64,000 nucleotides of DNA from NCBI GenBank assembly GCA_048939625.1, contig JBHLPH010000006.1, positions 32,001-96,000 on the forward strand, read 5' to 3'. Made by a program: the position numbers and the translations under genes. Each line of letters begins with the position of its first letter. Position 1 is the first letter of the stretch. Of this stretch, positions 57,058 to 64,000 are shown in pieces. Source of the stretch: Promethearchaeota archaeon (GTDB taxonomy: Archaea; Asgardarchaeota; Hermodarchaeia; Hermodarchaeales; Hermodarchaeaceae). The notes below the pieces were generated by a model. It was not told the origin of the DNA, made no database searches, and saw nothing but the letters and a program-made list of their open reading frames with translations.

Positions 57058-58886
57058 TCAATCGCCTCCAATTCGTTCACACGTTCTTCTGATAACATTC
57101 CTTCATTGTTCCACCCACGAAGAGCATAGTATCGGTCTAACATGGTCTGAAACTGTTTTCGGTCAATATGATGCCCCTTCGCGGTCTTTAGAGGAGCGGG
57201 GTCATCGAAGTAGCGTTTAGGTAGCGAATCATCTGCGCGGGTGAGTCCAAATCGAAGATTGAGGATTCGTTCAGTGTCGATTATTCGTTGCCCTATCTTC
57301 TTCAATTCGTGATTTTCAAATTTGAGGTCAACAGCCGCATGTAGGAATTTCTTTACCTGTTCATATCCAATGAGATGTGGGCTGTTAAAGCCATGACAGA
57401 TGAATTTGCAGATTCCCACAGCATCGATTACTGCATACATGTTATCCGACCAAAAGACGGTTTTTTCCTTTCCCTCATATGATGTGGGATCAGGTGAGAT
57501 GCCGGTCCCATAGATGTTTTCCTTTACTTCCGAGGGCAATCTGAGAAAGATTTCGAGGGTGGGTCGACTACGCAAGTGGTCCGCACCTCTTGAAGCGGTT
57601 GCGATGCCTAGCGCGAACGCTTTGATATACCGAACATCATGTGGATCGCTTTGAGGGAGGTTCTTTACAGCGATGAGATATTCTGCTGATTTTGGTCCAA
57701 AATGCTGTACAGCTTGACTACTTTCCGCCAAGACATCTCCCAGCCCTTCACGGCGGGAAGTTTTTTCTAGAAGTGATTTGACGAGTTCAAAGTTTTCGAA
57801 TTCCAGCTTCTCGCCAAGGAATTTTGATTTATCAACCAACCCTTTTTCATACAGCTCAAAAACCCAAGCCAGAATTCCCCCTGCTGACGCAGTATCTAAC
57901 CCAAGTCGGTTGCATAGGTTATTCAACTCTATAACCTGTTTGGGATCAGAGAGTCCAACATTTGCTCCCAGCAATCCGATTGTTGTATATTCAGGACCTT
58001 CCCCATTCAAGGTGTTTCGATGCCGACAATGTACTATGCATGAGGCGCAGGATACCATTTTTTCGGCATATTCTTCGAAAAATTCAGCGTTCAATGAATC
58101 GGACCAAGCGTTCAGCTGACTATTCTTGGTGCGAATCGCTCCCAGTGCATTACTAACATCATACAAATATGGGGAGCCCAATTTACCCATGACTGAGATA
58201 ACCTTTGAATTCAGGATATACTCGTTTGTATTCTTGGTGAGCTCCAGAAGCTGCTCTGGATGAGCGACCTTAAGACCTTGGGTGCCATAAGCAACTAAAG
58301 CTTTCAAGTTTTTTGATCCCATGACGGCACCAAGGCCACCCCGCCCTCCAGCGTTCTTCACACCATTGCGTATGTTTGCAAATCGGACGAGTTTTTCACC
58401 AGCTTCTCCAGTGACAGCAGCCTGTACATCACCTAGATCTTTCCGTAACTCGATTTGAACATCATAGGTATCAAGACCCCAATAATCAGAGGCGTCGCGA
58501 ATTTCAACGGAACCATCCTGAAGGAAAATATAACTTGGCTTCTTCGCTTTTCCAAATATGATAATCTGGTCAAAGCCAGCATAGCGCATCTCCGGACCAA
58601 AATAACCTCCACAGTTAGTGTCACCCAAGAACCCTGATTCTGGGGATTTTGCTGTTACATTGAAGCGTGACGCGTTTGGAATAAGATACCCAGTAAGTAA
58701 ACCAGCACCAAATATCAACACGTTTTCCGGAGAAAGAGGATCCACATTCTTCCTTAACAATTTGTTAAGATGATAGACGTTCGTACCTCGACCGCCTAAA
58801 TAGCTTCTTAGTACATTTGCGGGCATTTCACTGATTTTCACTGAGCCTGTACTAAGATTGACAATAACATAGTGGTTTGTTGTCAT
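57054..58886 (-). CDS. aor: Tungsten-pterin aldehyde:ferredoxin oxidoreductase family protein
   Basis: YLGGRG, KSPESG, GRGGLGAVMGSKNLKA, CxxCxxxC, GPEY, LGLDT, RGADH, CKF, YY.LRGW. Confidence 0.92.
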   Translation of the reverse strand: MTTNHYVIVNLSTGSVKISEMPANVLRSYLGGRGTNVYHLNKLLRKNVDPLSPENVLIFGAGLLTGYLIPNASRFNVTAKSPESGFLGDTNCGGYFGPEMRYAGFDQIIIFGKAKKPSYIFLQDGSVEIRDASDYWGLDTYDVQIELRKDLGDVQAAVTGEAGEKLVRFANIRNGVKNAGGRGGLGAVMGSKNLKALVAYGTQGLKVAHPEQLLELTKNTNEYILNSKVISVMGKLGSPYLYDVSNALGAIRTKNSQLNAWSDSLNAEFFEEYAEKMVSCASCIVHCRHRNTLNGEGPEYTTIGLLGANVGLSDPKQVIELNNLCNRLGLDTASAGGILAWVFELYEKGLVDKSKFLGEKLEFENFELVKSLLEKTSRREGLGDVLAESSQAVQHFGPKSAEYLIAVKNLPQSDPHDVRYIKAFALGIATASRGADHLRSRPTLEIFLRLPSEVKENIYGTGISPDPTSYEGKEKTVFWSDNMYAVIDAVGICKFICHGFNSPHLIGYEQVKKFLHAAVDLKFENHELKKIGQRIIDTERILNLRFGLTRADDSLPKRYFDDPAPLKTAKGHHIDRKQFQTMLDRYYALRGWNNEGMLSEERVNELEAIE

Positions 58887-58909
58887 TTTGGGTTATTCCA
58901 GAGTGTTTG

Positions 58910-59206
58910 TTATCCGCCACCAACTGCCATTACTAGTGTTAATGTTGCAGACTTCTGAATCGAGATATCATTAAGATTTTTCTCAAGAACAGGTTTGTTG
59001 TCAAGAAAAATATTAAGATACTTGTGGATTTCGCCAGTCTTGGTATACAATTCTGGGCGGAGAGTAGGGTACATTTCTACTAGCCTGCCAAGTATGGTTT
59101 CAATGGTGTCATTTTCTTCTGAATCTAGCTTTATCTCTTCAATTCCGGTTGTAATCTTCAATACGCCTACCAACCGAATTGTGACACCCATATCTACACT
59201 TTCCAT
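58910..59206 (-). CDS. MoaD/SAMP ubiquitin-like sulfur carrier
   Basis: Beta-grasp size, C-terminal AVGGG, directly upstream of aor; start 59206 or 59191. Confidence 0.82.
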   Translation of the reverse strand: MESVDMGVTIRLVGVLKITTGIEEIKLDSEENDTIETILGRLVEMYPTLRPELYTKTGEIHKYLNIFLDNKPVLEKNLNDISIQKSATLTLVMAVGGG

Positions 59207-59439
59207 CGATTCTCTCCCCAACCTCCAGCTACAGAAATCAAAAATCTTTACTTTTCTCCAGTTCACCAACCCTCGTACCCACAAACGTGTCTATGACGTG
59301 GATATTTTACTCTTCAATTTTCACCGCCTTGAGAAATGCTCAACTCACTACCAAAGCAGTATTTAGACATCTCATCAAGGGAGGTACGAAGTCCTTTTTC
59401 TCTGTAGTTACTAGGTTATACTTTCAACCCATTGAGTGG

Positions 59440-60792
59440 CTATTTGTATATGCCATATTCCTTGGTGAAGTCTGCCATGGCCTTCAGATTCTCTGGCTTG
59501 ATTTGATCAAAGAAAGCCCCATTGGACATGATATAACCACCGCCTTTACCAGCGGTATCAATGAGTTCTTTTGCACAGTCTTTCACTTGTTGAGGTGTGC
59601 CTACAGCCAACAAATCGGTGGGGATATTACCGCCTATGCAGGCAACGGTACCAATCGTTTTCTTGGCTTTTGTCATGTCAGTCGTGTCGAACACCCATAG
59701 TGTCTTACCTTTAGGTAGGTCTTTGATAACTTCCAGACGGGAAGTAAAGCCCCCTTCAGCCACAGGAAATGGGATGCATCCCTCTTCAATCAAGCCCATC
59801 ATGACTTTTCTAAAGGTAGGCCAGTAGAATTTTTTGAATTGTTCATCGGAGAGGAACCCATCAGCACCTTTGTGGAGGGGCATAAAGACCAATGGCTTTT
59901 GGTTCACCATTGCTGCTCCTACGCCCATTCGAATCATGAGTGGTGTTAGAGTCTCCATGGCTTCAAGTAGCTTCTCCGGTCGACGGTACATGTCCACCAT
60001 TATCCCTTTGGTTCCTCTAAGTGTGTCACCAAGCACATCAAAAGGAGCCTTTGTAAATCCGGCGAGGAGCGGTGGATATCCTAAAGTGGCCATCTCACCG
60101 TCGAACCCTCCTACCATTTCTACCCATTTCAGGGTTTCAGCCCCAGCATCAAAAAGTGCCTTATAAGTTTCTTGGACTGGAGGTAGACCAAACGGTATGA
60201 AGTTAAAAGCAACGCCATACATTTCGAGTATACCAGTCAGAGCGGGGAGCATCTTGAATCCCTCCAGCTTGCCAAATACACGTGGTAAATAGTTATTACT
60301 GAAGAAATTCGACGGGTCCTGAATCAAGTTGTCATACTCTGCGGCTTCCATGTATACTCCTTCGTTAGCTTGGTAGGAATGTTCAGGTGCGACCCCATGT
60401 CCAGGCCAAGAATATAATTGGTAGTCGAGGATTTCGAAGAACTTACCTGGACCGGGTCCAGCACAGCCCATATGGGCATCCGGTTCAAAGTCTAAGACAA
60501 ATTTTTTCCACGCTGCAGCACACTTGTCGTAGTCGTACATTGCATCTTGAGTGGTTATTCCGTAATAAAACGTGGGAAACATGTTGGGCAATATAAGGAG
60601 TGGTACCCTGTCGGGCACTTTCTTCATTTGAATCGCGTCTTTGATTCTTGTAATTCTTTCTTGGTACAACTTCTTGGCTTCTGGACTTTGAAATTTTAGA
60701 TCATTCCCTTCAGGGTCTTTCGGTGAAAGCCACTTTTCAAACAACGCTTCCTGTTTTTCATCCGATGATAAATCTTCCCATTGTTTTTCCAT
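59440..60792 (-). CDS. UroD-fold corrinoid methyltransferase (MtoB-like O-demethylase candidate)
   Basis: PDRVP, APFDVLGDTLRG, DMYRRPEKL, FMPLH, FYWPT, CIGGN, GGGYI; follows the corrinoid protein gene. Confidence 0.8.
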   Translation of the reverse strand: MEKQWEDLSSDEKQEALFEKWLSPKDPEGNDLKFQSPEAKKLYQERITRIKDAIQMKKVPDRVPLLILPNMFPTFYYGITTQDAMYDYDKCAAAWKKFVLDFEPDAHMGCAGPGPGKFFEILDYQLYSWPGHGVAPEHSYQANEGVYMEAAEYDNLIQDPSNFFSNNYLPRVFGKLEGFKMLPALTGILEMYGVAFNFIPFGLPPVQETYKALFDAGAETLKWVEMVGGFDGEMATLGYPPLLAGFTKAPFDVLGDTLRGTKGIMVDMYRRPEKLLEAMETLTPLMIRMGVGAAMVNQKPLVFMPLHKGADGFLSDEQFKKFYWPTFRKVMMGLIEEGCIPFPVAEGGFTSRLEVIKDLPKGKTLWVFDTTDMTKAKKTIGTVACIGGNIPTDLLAVGTPQQVKDCAKELIDTAGKGGGYIMSNGAFFDQIKPENLKAMADFTKEYGIYK

Positions 60793-60820
60793 TTTTATCA
60801 CACTCTTCTTTCTTCTCAGC

Positions 60821-61468
60821 TTAGAGTTCTTTCTTAGCGCCAATCCATTTCTTGGCGAGGGTTACGGCTGCCATGGCATCTTCACCATAGGCGTCAGCCC
60901 CAGTGAACTTCCTGATTTCCTCGGTAATCTGACCACCGCCTATCATGACCTTTACTTTGTCCCTTAGGCCCGCCTGTGAAATAGCTTCTATTGTTTCTTT
61001 CATGGCATCAAACGCAAGAGTTAGAAATCCACTTAAGCCAACAATAGGGGCATCAGTTTCCTTTATCTTGTCGACAAACTTCTGTACTGGAACATCCACA
61101 CCCAAATCGTAGACCTCAAAGCCATTGATGTCGAGCATAAAGACTACGATATCTTTTCCAATATCATGAATATCTCCAGCAACGGTGCCAAATACGATCT
61201 TACCCAAACGTTCAGTTTTTGCTTCCTGGGTTATCTTGGGTTTGACCAGTTCGGTTATTGCTGACAATATCTCCCCGGAATAAATCAGGTCGGAGATGAA
61301 ATATTCCTTATTCGCAAAGCGATGACCCACGATTTCAAGGCCTCGCCGTGCATCTTCTAAGATTTTGAGTGGGTCGTCACCAGCGTTCAACCTATCTTTA
61401 ACAATCTTGAGTGCTTCTTCTTCCTTCAAATCTGCCAAAACACTGACTAACTTCTCGGATTTTCCCAT
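60821..61468 (-). CDS. Corrinoid (B12-binding) protein (MtoC/MtaC-like)
   Basis: Cap domain plus GTVAGDIHDIGK, DLGVDVP, GLSGFL, VMIGGG, GADAY; GAGGT RBS. Confidence 0.93.
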   Translation of the reverse strand: MGKSEKLVSVLADLKEEEALKIVKDRLNAGDDPLKILEDARRGLEIVGHRFANKEYFISDLIYSGEILSAITELVKPKITQEAKTERLGKIVFGTVAGDIHDIGKDIVVFMLDINGFEVYDLGVDVPVQKFVDKIKETDAPIVGLSGFLTLAFDAMKETIEAISQAGLRDKVKVMIGGGQITEEIRKFTGADAYGEDAMAAVTLAKKWIGAKKEL

Positions 61469-61521
61469 GAAATAACCTCACGACTATTTTTTTCCTCACT
61501 CAACCTTCCAAATTTGGTAAC

Positions 61522-61553
61522 AAGCTTTTGATTTCATCTTTGATAAAAAGCTT
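61522..61553. promoter_or_regulatory. Inverted repeat in the divergent corrinoid/activator promoter region
   Basis: AAGCTTTTGAT-N10-ATAAAAAGCTT (10/11 match). Confidence 0.4.
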
Positions 61554-61773
61554 ATGACAGATAATCAATGGAGGAAAATCATTCACCTTAATGGACCTTA
61601 TTGAGCGGCTTCCTGATGTCGCTAAAACATTATTTGTTTGGAGCCAGCAAGATTCACAGAACTTTGTTGAAACTCACGAATTGGCATATTAGTGCTTCAG
61701 TCATTTCATAACGCTCTTTTAGCTTGGTGGACATCTCGTAAAAGTTATTTAATTACTTAGTCAGAGTTCTATC

Positions 61774-64000
<2,227 letters not shown>

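Noticed and set aside
58910-59206. Eukaryote-like ubiquitin system
   Set aside because: Its position in the aor operon indicates a MoaD/SAMP sulfur carrier; no E1, E2 or E3 genes are nearby.

Overview
Gene-dense archaeal DNA: GGAGG/GAGGTG ribosome-binding sites, TATA-like promoters, single-OB-fold SSBs, thiolase/DUF35 pairs, a tungsten AOR and an MtrH-like gene. The content fits an anaerobic sediment archaeon, possibly Asgard (e.g. Hermodarchaeia); that taxonomy is inference. The window has four blocks. (1) 1-19 kb: redox and housekeeping genes plus a reductive pyrimidine degradation cluster (preA, class III aminotransferase, beta-ureidopropionase, hydA) with no local preT. (2) 19-32.5 kb: an accessory region with three tandem-domain Lrp/AsnC regulators, each upstream of exported-protein genes. 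Three of those are paralogous single-pass surface proteins with divergent ectodomains and a near-invariant TM/cytoplasmic tail. The block also holds two further SSB paralogues, a hidden beta-helix pseudogene and an orphan membrane-anchor remnant. (3) 32.6-59.2 kb: an Azoarcus-type (bzdNOPQM, bzdV) benzoyl-CoA reductase pathway with dch/had/oah, beta-oxidation genes, IorAB, an LLM oxidoreductase and an AOR module. (4) 59.4-64 kb: a corrinoid methyltransferase set resembling archaeal Mto O-demethylases, directly next to the ring-reduction genes. I saw no rRNA, tRNA, CRISPR array or transposase. All calls come from motif recognition by eye; no searches were run.
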